A stretch of DNA of 64,000 nt from Candidatus Borrarchaeum weybense (GTDB taxonomy: Archaea; Asgardarchaeota; Sifarchaeia; Borrarchaeales; Borrarchaeaceae): the NCBI GenBank assembly GCA_019057385.1, contig JAHQJS010000005.1:192799-256798 (forward strand). Direction: 5' to 3'. A program made the position numbers and the translations under genes. The notes beneath the pieces were generated by a model, which was not told the origin of the DNA, did no database searches, and saw nothing but the letters and a program-made list of their open reading frames with translations. The first letter of the stretch is position 1, and every line of letters starts with the position of its first letter. This document shows, piece by piece, positions 9,265-21,368 of the stretch.

Positions 9265-12200
9265 ATGCTCTCTCAAGAAGATAGATGGGAATTAATGAAG
9301 GCGTTTTTTATTGAAAAAGGTCTTGTAAGACAACATTTAGATTCATATAATGAATTTATTGGACGTAGTATTCAGCAAATTGTTGATGAGATTGAAAAAA
9401 TAGAGCCTGACATTCCAGGCTTCTATGTTAAGTTAGGTAAGGTAGAGGTTGGAGAACCTACCATCCGCGAAGCAGATGGAGCAGTTCGACCTATAACACC
9501 TATGGAAGCTAGAATCCGAAATTTGACATATTACGCACCTTTACAGCTTGAAATGACACCAATAGACCTCAATGAAGGAGTGGAGATACCTGGTGAAACG
9601 GCTAATGTCTATATTGGTCGCCTACCGGTCATGCTCAAATCAAATAAGTGCCTTTTAGCACAAATGTCACCACAGGAATTAGTTGAGATTGGTGAAGATC
9701 CAAGCGATCCTGGTGGCTATTTCATTATTAACGGATCAGAAAGAGTTCTAGTCACACAAGAAGATCTTGCCCCAAATAAGATCTTGATTGAAGAAAGTAG
9801 TAGCGGCAAAACAAGTACACATATTACAAAGGTATTTTCTACAGCAAGAGGATTTCGAGCACCTGTTACCGTAGAACGAAGAAATGACGGTTCATTACGA
9901 GTTTCATTCCCTTCAGTTCCAAGAAAAATTCCTTTAGCAACTGTCTTAAGAGCTCTTGGACTAGAAACCGATAAGAGTATTGTTGATGCGATTTCAAATA
10001 GGCCTGAAGTGATCCGGGAACTAATACCAACTATTCGAGAAGCCACAGAAATTAAAAACATTGATGACGCATTGGATTACATTGGAAAACGAGTAGCGGT
10101 TGGACAAATGCGTGAATATAGAATTAAACGGGCACAACAGGTACTTGATAAATACTTATTGCCTCACATAGGTACAGAAGAGGCAGATCGAAAGAAAAAA
10201 GCTTATTTTTTGAGTCAAATGGCACAACGAATACTTGAACTTTTCCTAAATATTCGAAACGCCGATGATAAAGATCATTATGCTAATAAAAGACTGAAAT
10301 TAGCAGGTGATCTTTTAACGAGTCTATTTAGAGTTGCTTTCTTAAATCTGGTAAGAGATATTACCTATCAACTTGAGCGAACTGCAGTGAGAGGGAAAAA
10401 ACCGAATATAAAAACGGCAGTAAGGGCAGATGTAATTACTGAGCGTTTAAGACACGCTTTAGCAACTGGGAATTGGGTAGGCGGTAAAGCAGGAGTCAGT
10501 CAGTTACTAGACCGTACTAATTATATGTCTACATTAAGTCACCTTCGTCGTGTTGTTTCTCCGTTAAGTCGTAGCCAACCTCATTTTGAGGCGCGAGATC
10601 TTCACCCCACTCATTGGGGGAAGGTATGCGTCTCACCAGATACCAAAGTGCTACTAAAGGATGGTGTTTCTCAATTACCAATTCTTGCTCTTGAGAAAGA
10701 TTTCAAACGATCCCAAATAGTGACTGTTGATGAATACTCTCATGCTGAAATTCAATCGAAAATCATAGATTATCAAAAAATCTCCGCGTATCAATTAGGA
10801 AAAAGTGTTTTTGAAATTAAAACTATAACTGGAGAAAGGATACGGGCTACTGAAGATCATCCATTTCTTACTGACAGAGGTTGGGTAGAAGCTGGTGATT
10901 TAAAATTAACTGATCGTGTTTTATATAGACCTGTACTTAATGATATCTCTTCTGAAGAGATAGAAAAATATGCTGTATTTACTATACTCGATAGAGATGA
11001 GTTTCTATATGGAAATTGGACTGAAAAACTATCAGAAGAAGAAAAATCCATGCTTGTAAAAGATGCTGAAGAACTAGAACAACTGGGACTTTTGCCTTTA
11101 GATTCGGATCATGAACATCTTCATATTATTGCACGATTAATGGGAATCATCTTAACCGATGGCAGCGTCACTAACACTGTTGAATTTTATTTAGGAACTG
11201 AGGAAGATGCAAAAACAGTAATACAAGATCTTGAAACATTGGGATATTCCTCAAACCAAATTTCGCGAAAAGAAGGTACCTTTACGGACGAAATTGGCGA
11301 GCGTATTATCCAATATGCAACTTACTTAACCACAAAAGGTGGATCATTTAAACGATTTATGCACGCTCTTGGAATTCCATCAGGAAAAAGAACCGAACAA
11401 GCCAGCATATTTCCAAAATGGCTATCAAATACTAATAAGTTAGTGAAACGAGAATTTATTGCTGCTTTTATGGGGGGAGATGGTTCCGCTGCGTGGAGCT
11501 ACAAGAGAAGCGGTCGTCGAGATAGTTATAAAATACGACTTCCCGACATCGAAATTCACAAAACTCCAGAACATGTCATTTCACAAATCGAATTCTTTGA
11601 ACAATTAAAGAAAATGTTCGAAGAATTTGACATTAGAATTAATCATATCAAAACTAAGAATTCTAGAACTACAAACCGTAAAGTAGTTCACCTAGTTTTT
11701 GACGCATCGAAAGACAATATAAGAAAACTTTGTGATAATGTTGGTTACAGATATTGCAAAGAAAAGCAAAATAAAGCCCAGCTAATCAGCGCATTCTTAG
11801 CCTATCGAGAAAAACAAATAATTAAAAGAGTTCAAGATCGAGAAAAAACAATCGAGTTGTACAACCAGGGAATGCAACCCAAACAAATAGCAACTGAACT
11901 AGGTTTAGGATATCGTATAGTTACTTCAACAATACAACGAAAAGATCAGGATAGGCAAGTAGTACATCCACAATCATCATGGTCAGTTGGAGCATTTTTT
12001 GAAAAGACTGCTGCAAATGCTGAAACTGGCATGCTTTATCTTCCATTAAAATCAATACAATCGGTTGATGAAGATATAATGTGTGACTTTACCACTGCTG
12101 AGAATACACATAGTTTTATTGCTAACGGTTTTATTACCCATAACTGTCCCAACGAAACACCAGAGGGACCAAATTGTGGTTTGGTTAAGAATCTTGCATT

Positions 12201-14109
12201 AATGGCTTATATCTCTGTAGGGTTAGATGAGTATATCGTTGAGGAGATACTCAGAACATATGGAGTAAAGAGTTGGGACGAACTACAAGGAAAGGAAGCA
12301 AATCAATCACGTGTTTTTCTTAATGGAAGGCTTATCGGGTTTCATCCGAATCCAACGGCACTTGTTGATCAAATTAAGAAGGCAAGACGTGCTAATGAAA
12401 TTGATGACTCAATAAATGTTGCATATTATCATGAAACTGACGAAATAAAGATTAATTGTGATATTGGGCGTGTTAGACGTCCACTAATGATCGTAGAGAA
12501 TGGACAACCTAAAATTACTCCTAAACACGTTGAAAAACTCGTAAAAGGAGAATTGAAATGGAACGATCTAATTCTTAATGGATTAGTCGAGTATCTTGAT
12601 GCGGAAGAAGAAGAAAATGTATATATCGCTATTGACTCAGAAGAGTTGACACCGTCGCACACACATCTTGAAATCGATATTTCGACTATTTTGGGAATTT
12701 GTGCAAGCATTATTCCTTTTCCACAACACAATCAATCACCAAGAAATACATATGAAGCGGGGATGTCAAAACAAGCTCTTGGATTATATGCTAAGAACTT
12801 TCAACTACGTGTAGATACTAGAGGGCATTTCCTACATTACCCACAGGTTCCTCTAGTGAAAACACGAGCGATGGATGTAATTGATTTTGATAAATGTCCT
12901 GCAGGTCAAAACTTTGTTGTTGGTATCCTCAGTCATGGTGGTTACAATATGGAAGATGCTCTGATAATAAATAAGGCATCACTTGAACGAGGTCTTGCCA
13001 GATCTACATTTTTCAGATGTTATGATGTAGAAGAGAAGCGATATCCTGGAGGTCAAGAGGATCGTTTTGAAATACCTGGTAAAAATGTAAGGGGCTATAG
13101 AGTTAGTGAAGCTTATAGACATCTGGCTGATGATGGCCTTATCGAGCCAGAAACTGATGTTACTGGAGGAGATGTGATTATAGGGCGTACTAGTCCTCCT
13201 AGATTCTTGGAAGAATATACTGAGTTTGAAATGCCTGCCCCTATTCGTAGGGAGACTTCAATAAGCCTGCGCCACGGTGAACGAGGCGTTATTGACTCAG
13301 TCATTGTAACGGAGACTGTTGATGGAAACAGATTAGTAAAAGTAAGAGTCAGAGATCAAAGGATTCCAGAACTGGGAGATAAATTTGCTTCAAGACATGG
13401 ACAAAAAGGAGTTCTAGGAATCATAGTTCGACAAGAAGACATGCCTTTTACGGAAGATGGAATAGTTCCTGATTTGATAGTTAATCCTCATGCGATACCC
13501 AGCAGAATGACTGTAGGGCAAATAATAGAAGCTATAGCAAGTAAAGTAGGCTGCATCGAAGGTGAAAGAAAAGATGGCACTGCATTTTCTGGAAGCAAAG
13601 AAACATTACAAAAAGAAATGAGAGACGCTGGCTTCGATCATAGAGGACTAGAGAGCATGTATAACGGCATGACTGGTGAAAAATTTGAGGTGGATATCTT
13701 TATTGGCGTTGTTTATTACCAACGACTTCACCATATGGTCGCTGATAAATTGCATGCCCGAGCAAGAGGTCCTGTCCAAATTTTGACTAGACAACCAACT
13801 GAAGGACGTGCACGAGAAGGTGGACTTCGATTTGGCGAAATGGAACGAGACTGTTTGATAGGTCATGGTGCAGCGCTATTACTTAAGGAACGTCTTTTAG
13901 ATGAGTCAGACAAAACGGTTGTAATAGTTTGTGATGAATGTGGAATGTTAGCAGTACAAGATCGTTCAAGAGATCGTTTTTATTGCCCTATATGTGGCGA
14001 CAAGACAACTGTGAGCCGCGTAACTATGTCTTACGCATTTAAACTGTTACTTCAAGAATTAATGAGTCTTGGAATTTCTCCTCGTTTAAGATTAAAAGAA
14101 CCTGCTTGA
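9265..14109 (+). CDS. rpoB: RNA polymerase subunit B (Rpo2, unsplit), intein-containing
   Basis: [48 protein letters not shown]-terminal Zn finger. Confidence 0.98.
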   Translation: MLSQEDRWELMKAFFIEKGLVRQHLDSYNEFIGRSIQQIVDEIEKIEPDIPGFYVKLGKVEVGEPTIREADGAVRPITPMEARIRNLTYYAPLQLEMTPIDLNEGVEIPGETANVYIGRLPVMLKSNKCLLAQMSPQELVEIGEDPSDPGGYFIINGSERVLVTQEDLAPNKILIEESSSGKTSTHITKVFSTARGFRAPVTVERRNDGSLRVSFPSVPRKIPLATVLRALGLETDKSIVDAISNRPEVIRELIPTIREATEIKNIDDALDYIGKRVAVGQMREYRIKRAQQVLDKYLLPHIGTEEADRKKKAYFLSQMAQRILELFLNIRNADDKDHYANKRLKLAGDLLTSLFRVAFLNLVRDITYQLERTAVRGKKPNIKTAVRADVITERLRHALATGNWVGGKAGVSQLLDRTNYMSTLSHLRRVVSPLSRSQPHFEARDLHPTHWGKVCVSPDTKVLLKDGVSQLPILALEKDFKRSQIVTVDEYSHAEIQSKIIDYQKISAYQLGKSVFEIKTITGERIRATEDHPFLTDRGWVEAGDLKLTDRVLYRPVLNDISSEEIEKYAVFTILDRDEFLYGNWTEKLSEEEKSMLVKDAEELEQLGLLPLDSDHEHLHIIARLMGIILTDGSVTNTVEFYLGTEEDAKTVIQDLETLGYSSNQISRKEGTFTDEIGERIIQYATYLTTKGGSFKRFMHALGIPSGKRTEQASIFPKWLSNTNKLVKREFIAAFMGGDGSAAWSYKRSGRRDSYKIRLPDIEIHKTPEHVISQIEFFEQLKKMFEEFDIRINHIKTKNSRTTNRKVVHLVFDASKDNIRKLCDNVGYRYCKEKQNKAQLISAFLAYREKQIIKRVQDREKTIELYNQGMQPKQIATELGLGYRIVTSTIQRKDQDRQVVHPQSSWSVGAFFEKTAANAETGMLYLPLKSIQSVDEDIMCDFTTAENTHSFIANGFITHNCPNETPEGPNCGLVKNLALMAYISVGLDEYIVEEILRTYGVKSWDELQGKEANQSRVFLNGRLIGFHPNPTALVDQIKKARRANEIDDSINVAYYHETDEIKINCDIGRVRRPLMIVENGQPKITPKHVEKLVKGELKWNDLILNGLVEYLDAEEEENVYIAIDSEELTPSHTHLEIDISTILGICASIIPFPQHNQSPRNTYEAGMSKQALGLYAKNFQLRVDTRGHFLHYPQVPLVKTRAMDVIDFDKCPAGQNFVVGILSHGGYNMEDALIINKASLERGLARSTFFRCYDVEEKRYPGGQEDRFEIPGKNVRGYRVSEAYRHLADDGLIEPETDVTGGDVIIGRTSPPRFLEEYTEFEMPAPIRRETSISLRHGERGVIDSVIVTETVDGNRLVKVRVRDQRIPELGDKFASRHGQKGVLGIIVRQEDMPFTEDGIVPDLIVNPHAIPSRMTVGQIIEAIASKVGCIEGERKDGTAFSGSKETLQKEMRDAGFDHRGLESMYNGMTGEKFEVDIFIGVVYYQRLHHMVADKLHARARGPVQILTRQPTEGRAREGGLRFGEMERDCLIGHGAALLLKERLLDESDKTVVIVCDECGMLAVQDRSRDRFYCPICGDKTTVSRVTMSYAFKLLLQELMSLGISPRLRLKEPA
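10627..12144 (+). mobile_element. intein with LAGLIDADG homing endonuclease in RpoB (506 aa)
   Basis: HWGKV|CVSPDT...ATEDHPF...[10 protein letters not shown]...[11 protein letters not shown]...FITHN|CPNETPEG. Confidence 0.95.
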
Positions 14110-14124
14110 GAGGGAATAAATAAA

Positions 14125-17100
14125 ATGTCTACACTTCCAAAAATTATTAATCAAATCCAATTTGGTTTACTATCTCCAGATGATATACGAAAGATGTCCG
14201 TAACTAGAATCATCACAGCTGACACTTACGATGAAGATGGACTCCCTATTGACTCGGGACTAATGGACGGTCGATTAGGAACCATTGAACCGGGCCAAAC
14301 CTGTAAGAGCTGTGGAAATAGGGTGGGGGAATGTCCTGGACACTTCGGTCATATAGAATTAGCGCGCCCCGTAATACACGTAGGCTTCGCAAAAATTATC
14401 CAAAAGACTCTTAGAGCAATATGCAGAGATTGTTCCCGCCTTAGTTTAAATGACGATGAAAGGCAAGATTTTATTAAAAAAATGGATATATATGAAGAGG
14501 AATGGGGCGAACTAGATCCTGAGCTTGTAAAAGAAGTCCTAAAAAAAGCAACAAAAACAAATACATGTCCCGATTGTGGAAAAGAGAAATTGAAAATTCG
14601 TCTTGAAAAACCAACTACTTATTATGAAGAACATGAGTCTGGTGCCGCCCGTTTAACTCCAAGCGACATACGGGCAATCTTAGAAAAAATGCCCGATGAA
14701 GATTGTCGATTAATTGGGATTAATCCAGATGTTGTACGTCCAGAATGGATGATACTTATTGTACTTCCGGTTCCACCTGTTGCCGTGCGTCCAAGTATTA
14801 CCTTGGAATCTGGTGTTCGTTCAGAAGATGATCTTACACATAAATTAGTTGACATTATCAGGATTAATCAGAGGTTAAGCGAAAATATTGAGGCGGGTGC
14901 GCCGCAATTAATTGTTGATGACTTGTGGGAACTTTTACAGTATCATGTTACGACTTTTTTTGATAATGAAGTCTCAGGTATTCCTCCTGCACGTCATAGG
15001 TCAGGAAGGGCTTTAAGAACTCTATCTCAAAGACTTAAAGGAAAAGAAGGACGCTTTAGAAGCAATTTGTCAGGAAAACGTGTTGATTTCTCAGCACGTA
15101 CTGTTATTTCACCGGATCCAAATCTGGGTATTAACGAAGTAGGCGTACCTGAAGAAGTTGCACAAATTTTAACAATTCCAGAACGTGTTACGGAATGGAA
15201 TATTGAAGAAATGAGAGACCTTGTGATGCGAGGGCATGATGATCATCCAGGTGCGAATTATATCATTCGTAGCGACGGAAGACGAGTTGATTTACGGTTT
15301 GTAAAGGATAAAACTACAGTGAGTGAAGCCCTTAGACCAGGATATGTAGTAGAGCGTCATTTAAAAAAAGGAGATATTGTATTATTCAATCGTCAACCCT
15401 CTCTCCATAGAATGTCGATTATGGCACATGAAGTCAAAGTTATGCCTTTTAGGACGTTCAGACTTAATCTATGTGTCTGCCTCTCTGGTGATACAGAGGT
15501 TTATACAGATCTTGGCAGAATTTCTATTGAGAACCTTGTTAAAGATTATGAGAAGTATTCTCCTCTCTCTTGTAATTGGGATACTGACAAAACAACATAT
15601 TTCTCTGAAATTTCAGAAGTTCATGCTATAAACCCCAAGCAACTTGGACTTAAATCTTATGAAATTACAACCAAGACTGGGAGAATAATTAAAGCTACAG
15701 AGGACCATCCTTTCTATTCCAAGAAAGGCAAGACAAGGGCAGGCAATTTAAAGATTGGTGACTTCGTTGCTGTTTATCCCATCGAAATTCCTGAAATTGG
15801 TGGTTGCCCACCAGTTCTCACAGAGGAACAAGTTTTGGAAGCAATACCCGAAAATATCTATATACAATATACTATTAATGAACTAGCAGAAATGGAACTT
15901 CTCGACATTCCTGCAGGAACAAAGAAACAAATCTACCTGGCAAGCCTTGTCGGACATCTATTCGGTGATGGCTCATTACTTATCTCTTATGAGGGAGGAC
16001 GTGTTGTTTTTCGGGCATCTGATTATGAGGACATCCTTTCTCTTTATGATACTGTTACAAAGCTAAACCTTCAACCAACAGGCATTCAAGAATTTCAATC
16101 TCGTGGTATTCCTATCCAACAAACAGATGGAAATATATTGATACCTGAAGGAAAAACATATTTCTTTGAAGTAAGGCGAAAACCGGTTGCAATCGCTTTT
16201 AAGGCGCTAGGTGTACCTGTTGGTGACAAAGTAACTCAAGAATATCGTCTACCAGAATGGTTATTTGATGCACCAAAAATGGCAAAACGCGCGTTCCTAC
16301 GTGCATATTTTGGTGCTGAGCTATCAACGCCCAGATTACACATAAAATCAAAGTCTAAGTTTAACCAACCTATTCTTAAATTTGCCAAGATCGAAGGGTT
16401 ACGAGTAGATAACTTTATTCAAGATATCAAAACCCTCCTTGCTGAATTTAATATTGAAATCTCATCTATTTACACCGAAAGTGGTAATTTACGAAAAGAT
16501 GGCAAATCAACTATTATCTATGCATTAAACTTCGCCGCAAGCGATGAAAATTTACTTGCTTTATATAAGAAAATCGGATATGAATTTGCACGAGCCAAGG
16601 AAGAACTTGCACGACTAACTAGTGAATATATAACTGCAAAAAATACGGCAAAAGCAAAAGCCACTGCTCAACTTAGTCGTGCAAAAGAACTCCGAGAACA
16701 AGGATTAACCTATGAAGCTATAGCTAATGAAATCAACCATGAATCATGGCATACAATTGCATCATGGATTCGAAATGAAAGAATTGCGGCAGGGCTTCCA
16801 GCAAGTTTCCCTGAATTTCCAAAGTGGATGAAATCAGCTACTGAAGGATTAAAAAATGGATTTGTGTGGGACACGATAGTTAACATTGAAGAAATTGATC
16901 TTGAAGTAGCTTATGATATAACCATCAATGATGATAACCATAATTTCATTGCAGAAGATTTCCTAACCAGAAATTGTCCACCCTACAACGCCGACTTCGA
17001 CGGCGACGAGATGAATCTCCACGTACCGCAGAGCGAAGAAGCAAGAGCAGAAGCCAGAATTCTTATGCGTGTTGAAGAAAACATTCTCTCACCAAGATAT

Positions 17101-18279
17101 GGTGGTCCCATAATTGGTGCACTTCAAGATTACATATCTGCGGGATTTCTTCTTACGAGAAAGAATGCGTTCTTCACAAAAAAGGATGTATGCCAATTAT
17201 TCTATGCGGCAGGATTTAAAGACGACCTTCCGCCTCCTACGATACAAAAACCAGTTAAATTATGGTCTGGAAAGCAATTATTAAGTACACTAATACCTTC
17301 TCTCCTCAATTTAACACTTACCTCAAAAGCATGTATTAAATGCAAGGTTTGTGAAAAGGATGACTGCCCTAATGATGCTTATGTAATCGTCAGAAACGGA
17401 AAACTTATGTCTGGAGTTATTGACAAAAAGACACTGGGAGCTGGGCAAGCCAATTCTTTGCTTCACAGAATTGTAAAAGATTATGGAAGTCAAAAAGCCA
17501 GAGAATTCCTTGATTCCATTACCCGATTATTATTAGAATTAATTACATCAAAGGGTTTTACTCTTGGTCTTGATGATGTTGATCTTAGTGCCGAGTCAAA
17601 AAACATGATAGATGGAGTTTTAAACAAGGCAGAAGAACAAGTGGATGAACTTATTAGAGTATATAGACGAGGCGAACTAGAAAGACTTCCTGGACGAACT
17701 CTAGAGGAAACGTTAGAGATGAGGATCATGCAGGAACTAGCTGAGGCTAGAGACGATGCAGGTACAATTGCTGGGAGAAATCTTGGGCTAAATAACCATG
17801 CAGTGATAATGGCTACTACTGGTGCCAGAGGGAGTAATTTAAATCTCGCCCAGATGACAGCTTGTGTTGGTCAACAGTCTGTACGAGGTGAAAGAATCCA
17901 TAGGGGATATAGAGAACGCGTATTGCCTCATTTTAAGGAAGGTGACCTGAGCGCAACTGCGAGGGGTTTTGTAAAAGCAAGTTATAGAAGTGGATTAACT
18001 CCTATCGAATTCTTTTTCCATGCGATGGGTGGTCGGGAAGGCTTGGTAGATACAGCAGTTCGTACCAGCACTTCAGGTTATATGCAAAGACGATTGGTAA
18101 ATGCTTTGCAAGATATAAAGAACGAAAATGATGGAACTGTAAGAAACGCAATCGGTCAAATAATTCAATTCGTTTACGGTGAAGATGGGGTTGATCCTGC
18201 GAAAAGTGACCATGGGAAAGCAATGAACATTGACGTGATATTTGAAAAAATCCTTAGTCAAAGGAGGGTTGAAGAATAG
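14125..18279 (+). CDS. rpoA1: RNA polymerase subunit A' (Rpo1N), intein-containing
   Basis: CPGHFGHIEL, KGKEGRFR, NRQPSLH, catalytic YNADFDGDEMN. Confidence 0.98.
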   Translation: MSTLPKIINQIQFGLLSPDDIRKMSVTRIITADTYDEDGLPIDSGLMDGRLGTIEPGQTCKSCGNRVGECPGHFGHIELARPVIHVGFAKIIQKTLRAICRDCSRLSLNDDERQDFIKKMDIYEEEWGELDPELVKEVLKKATKTNTCPDCGKEKLKIRLEKPTTYYEEHESGAARLTPSDIRAILEKMPDEDCRLIGINPDVVRPEWMILIVLPVPPVAVRPSITLESGVRSEDDLTHKLVDIIRINQRLSENIEAGAPQLIVDDLWELLQYHVTTFFDNEVSGIPPARHRSGRALRTLSQRLKGKEGRFRSNLSGKRVDFSARTVISPDPNLGINEVGVPEEVAQILTIPERVTEWNIEEMRDLVMRGHDDHPGANYIIRSDGRRVDLRFVKDKTTVSEALRPGYVVERHLKKGDIVLFNRQPSLHRMSIMAHEVKVMPFRTFRLNLCVCLSGDTEVYTDLGRISIENLVKDYEKYSPLSCNWDTDKTTYFSEISEVHAINPKQLGLKSYEITTKTGRIIKATEDHPFYSKKGKTRAGNLKIGDFVAVYPIEIPEIGGCPPVLTEEQVLEAIPENIYIQYTINELAEMELLDIPAGTKKQIYLASLVGHLFGDGSLLISYEGGRVVFRASDYEDILSLYDTVTKLNLQPTGIQEFQSRGIPIQQTDGNILIPEGKTYFFEVRRKPVAIAFKALGVPVGDKVTQEYRLPEWLFDAPKMAKRAFLRAYFGAELSTPRLHIKSKSKFNQPILKFAKIEGLRVDNFIQDIKTLLAEFNIEISSIYTESGNLRKDGKSTIIYALNFAASDENLLALYKKIGYEFARAKEELARLTSEYITAKNTAKAKATAQLSRAKELREQGLTYEAIANEINHESWHTIASWIRNERIAAGLPASFPEFPKWMKSATEGLKNGFVWDTIVNIEEIDLEVAYDITINDDNHNFIAEDFLTRNCPPYNADFDGDEMNLHVPQSEEARAEARILMRVEENILSPRYGGPIIGALQDYISAGFLLTRKNAFFTKKDVCQLFYAAGFKDDLPPPTIQKPVKLWSGKQLLSTLIPSLLNLTLTSKACIKCKVCEKDDCPNDAYVIVRNGKLMSGVIDKKTLGAGQANSLLHRIVKDYGSQKAREFLDSITRLLLELITSKGFTLGLDDVDLSAESKNMIDGVLNKAEEQVDELIRVYRRGELERLPGRTLEETLEMRIMQELAEARDDAGTIAGRNLGLNNHAVIMATTGARGSNLNLAQMTACVGQQSVRGERIHRGYRERVLPHFKEGDLSATARGFVKASYRSGLTPIEFFFHAMGGREGLVDTAVRTSTSGYMQRRLVNALQDIKNENDGTVRNAIGQIIQFVYGEDGVDPAKSDHGKAMNIDVIFEKILSQRRVEE
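15478..16974 (+). mobile_element. intein with LAGLIDADG endonuclease in RpoA' (499 aa)
   Basis: RLNLCV|CLSGDT...ATEDHPF...LVGHLFGDGS...FLTRN|CPPYNADFDGD. Penultimate residue is Arg, not His. Confidence 0.95.
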
Positions 18280-21053
18280 CGGCTAAAACTAAACTCTCAG
18301 CTGTAGAGAAAAAATTGAAAAAAATTGAAGAAAACGATGAACTTCCTCTTGCAGTAATTAAAGAACTAAGTGCAAAATTAGAAGAAACTGAAGTAACTAA
18401 AAAGGAATTAGACTTACTTATCGAAGAAGCGAAAAAATCCTATTCAAAAGCTTTAGTGGAACCAGGAGAAGCTGTAGGTACAATAGCTGCGCAATCAATC
18501 GGTGAGCCAGGCACGCAAATGAGCATCCCTGGGACTGAAAAGGTAATCGTGAAAAGTAACGATTATGTGAACGTAGTTGAAATTGGAGATTTCGTAGATA
18601 ACCTCTTCTCTAATGCCGAAATTACCGACCATATTGGTGAAAGCGAAGTGTTAAGTCTAGAGTATGATGATTACCGTGTGCCTTGCATTGGTCAAGACGA
18701 AAAAACACATTGGCGAAGGCTAAGGCAAGTAAGTAGGCATCCTGTTAACGGTGAACTACTAAAAATCACTACTAGGTCGGGAAGAAAGATTGAGGCTACC
18801 CTCTCACATTCATATCTTATGCGTGATGAAAATAAAATTATCCCAGTAACTGGAAGATCTCTTAAAGTGGGTGACAGAATTCCTCTTATAAAACATTTAC
18901 AATCTGATCATAATCTAGAAAGCATACCAGTCGAACGATATATTCCTAAATACGAAGCGTGGTATGGTTCAGAATTTATTAAAGCTAAACGATCTTGGGA
19001 TCGACTTGGCAGTCATTGGAAAGAAGAATATAATGTCGCTTATACTGTCCCCGTTAAAGAAGACGGCCTGCGAATAGCATTCAAAACCAGAAAGGCAGAG
19101 ATGCTAACAGTAGGTCATGTTTATCCCAAAGCGTTTTCAAATACAGATATTCAAATCCCTGAGATATTCCAGTTGAATTATTTGTTTGGATGGTTCATAG
19201 GTGCATATATTGCTGAAGGATCAAATGCTGGAAATTACGTTTCAATCACTAATATTGACGAAAATTACCAAAATCGCACACAAAGGTTTGCTGACGAACT
19301 TTCAATATCTTGGCGGTTAATAGAAGAAACTGGGGAATTTGGACCAAGTGTATCCGTATGCTTATCATCGTCGTTGTTAGCGAAACTTCTAGTACGAATG
19401 TGCGGGAAGAATGCACCAGATAAATTTATACCAGACTGGGCGTTAAACGCACCGGAAGAGTTCGTTTCGGGGTTACTCCAAGCATATTTCGATGGCGACG
19501 GTAGTTTTTCTGTAGATCGAATGCAGATTCGCGCAACCAGTAAGTCTAAGGACTTGCGAGACGGAATATGCTTATTATTGTCGAGATTTGGAATTTTCGC
19601 TTCGAAACAAGAAGATGCTGAACAGTATAATTTAAGGATCCCTGGGAAGTATGCGCTTGTCTTTAAAGATAAGATTGGTTCGATAATTCCTCATAAAAGA
19701 GATATATTAGACCAAATGGTAACAAGTGAAGAAAATAAAGAAATTACCTATGACATTATTGATATGATTTCGGGTTTTGGTAAGATATTAAACAACCTCC
19801 GTATCAAGTTGAAAATTGACGCCCACTCTTCTCTAGCAGCAAGTATTAGAAAATATACAACTAATCAAGTGATCGGTAGGCAAACCCTAGCACGGTATGT
19901 AACATTAATAGTTGAGGAAGCAAAGAAAAAAAATATTGATATAAGCAACGAAATAAATACGTTACAGCGAGCCCTTGAGAGCGATGTGATCTGGGATCAA
20001 ATAACTTCTATAGAATTAGTGAAATCTCCCACTTCACTAGTATACGATTTCTCGGTTGAACAACACGAAAATTTCACTACGGCAGAGGGCTTAATAACTC
20101 ACAACACGTTAAGAACTTTCCATTACGCAGGAGTCGCTGAATTGAATGTAACGCTCGGACTTCCTCGACTGATTGAAATTGTGGATGCACGTAAAAATCC
20201 TTCAACACCCATGATGACAATTTTTCTAGATGATGCTCATAAAGAAGATGGAATAAAAGCCCGTGAAGTGGCACGGCGTATTGAGGAAACAAAAATAGAG
20301 AAGGTAACTTATGATATAGAAATCAATCTTAGCAATATGCAAATTGATCTGAAATTAGATCCTGATCTAATGGACGATAAAGGTTTAACTGCGGAATTTA
20401 TTGTAGAAAAAATTAATAAACTCAAGAAAGGAGATGCAGAACTCCAGGATGATTATACGATTATTGTCCGACCAAAACTTGATAACTTTACAGAGTTACA
20501 AAAACTTGCAGAAAAAATTCGATCTTTACCATTGAAGGGCCTCAAAGACGTCAAAAGAACGGTTATTCGAAAAGAAGAGGAGGAATTTGTCATCTATTCT
20601 GAAGGTACAAACTTATTAAATGTCCTTCGTGTTTCAGGCGTACATCCCATGCGGACTATTTCTAATCATATTCATGAGATTTCAGAATGCCTAGGCATCG
20701 AAGCAGCAAGGAACATTATTATAGCAGAAGCTATAAATGTGCTTGAAGAACAGGGATTAGATGTCGACCTAAGACACGTTATGCTAGTCGCAGACCTTAT
20801 GACAGTCACAGGCGAGGTCAGACAAATTGGTCGTCATGGCATTAGTGGTGAAAAAGCTAGTGTTTTAGCAAGAGCGGCTTTTGAAGTAACTGTGAAACAT
20901 TTACTAGAAGCAAGCACCCGAGGCGAGATTGATCATTTAAAGGGAATAACTGAAAACGTGATTATCGGGCAAACAATATTGTTAGGGACAGGGGCGATAG
21001 ATCTTATGATGAATCGAGAAGGGAAAAAAAAGGCGAAGGAGGACAAAGCATAA
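18276..21053 (+). CDS. rpoA2: RNA polymerase subunit A'' (Rpo1C), intein-containing; start probably ATA 18276 (TTG 18315 is the alternative)
   Basis: GEAVGTIAAQSIGEPGTQM...TLRTFHYAG, LGLPRLIEI, RAAFE. GGAGG at 18263-18267. Confidence 0.95.
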   Translation: MAAKTKLSAVEKKLKKIEENDELPLAVIKELSAKLEETEVTKKELDLLIEEAKKSYSKALVEPGEAVGTIAAQSIGEPGTQMSIPGTEKVIVKSNDYVNVVEIGDFVDNLFSNAEITDHIGESEVLSLEYDDYRVPCIGQDEKTHWRRLRQVSRHPVNGELLKITTRSGRKIEATLSHSYLMRDENKIIPVTGRSLKVGDRIPLIKHLQSDHNLESIPVERYIPKYEAWYGSEFIKAKRSWDRLGSHWKEEYNVAYTVPVKEDGLRIAFKTRKAEMLTVGHVYPKAFSNTDIQIPEIFQLNYLFGWFIGAYIAEGSNAGNYVSITNIDENYQNRTQRFADELSISWRLIEETGEFGPSVSVCLSSSLLAKLLVRMCGKNAPDKFIPDWALNAPEEFVSGLLQAYFDGDGSFSVDRMQIRATSKSKDLRDGICLLLSRFGIFASKQEDAEQYNLRIPGKYALVFKDKIGSIIPHKRDILDQMVTSEENKEITYDIIDMISGFGKILNNLRIKLKIDAHSSLAASIRKYTTNQVIGRQTLARYVTLIVEEAKKKNIDISNEINTLQRALESDVIWDQITSIELVKSPTSLVYDFSVEQHENFTTAEGLITHNTLRTFHYAGVAELNVTLGLPRLIEIVDARKNPSTPMMTIFLDDAHKEDGIKAREVARRIEETKIEKVTYDIEINLSNMQIDLKLDPDLMDDKGLTAEFIVEKINKLKKGDAELQDDYTIIVRPKLDNFTELQKLAEKIRSLPLKGLKDVKRTVIRKEEEEFVIYSEGTNLLNVLRVSGVHPMRTISNHIHEISECLGIEAARNIIIAEAINVLEEQGLDVDLRHVMLVADLMTVTGEVRQIGRHGISGEKASVLARAAFEVTVKHLLEASTRGEIDHLKGITENVIIGQTILLGTGAIDLMMNREGKKKAKEDKA
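18522..20105 (+). mobile_element. intein with LAGLIDADG endonuclease in RpoA'' (528 aa)
   Basis: PGTQM|SIPGTE...FIGAYIAEGS...LLQAYFDGDGS...LITHN|TLRTFH. Confidence 0.95.
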
Positions 21054-21368
21054 ATGGCAGATATAGCGAAAAGTATTAAAATTGCAGTGCGAACGGGTAA
21101 AACTATATTAGGGGCAAAGGAATCTATTAGAGCTGTCAAACATGGAGATGTTAAGTTAGTAATACTTGCAGCAAACGCCCCCTCATCAATAAAGAATGAT
21201 ATCATTCATTATACTAATTTGTCAGATCCTAGAATTCCAACCATGGATTACGAAGGATCTAGTTTAGATCTAGGGTTTGTTTGTGGTAAACCGTATCTAG
21301 TATCAGTTGTATCGGTTCAGGAACCAGGTGATTCAGATATTCTGCAATTAGTGGAGGACAGTAATTGA
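21054..21368 (+). CDS. rpl30e: 50S ribosomal protein L30e
   Basis: TGKTILGAK, LGFVCGKPY, PGDSDIL. Canonical operon position. Confidence 0.96.
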   Translation: MADIAKSIKIAVRTGKTILGAKESIRAVKHGDVKLVILAANAPSSIKNDIIHYTNLSDPRIPTMDYEGSSLDLGFVCGKPYLVSVVSVQEPGDSDILQLVEDSN

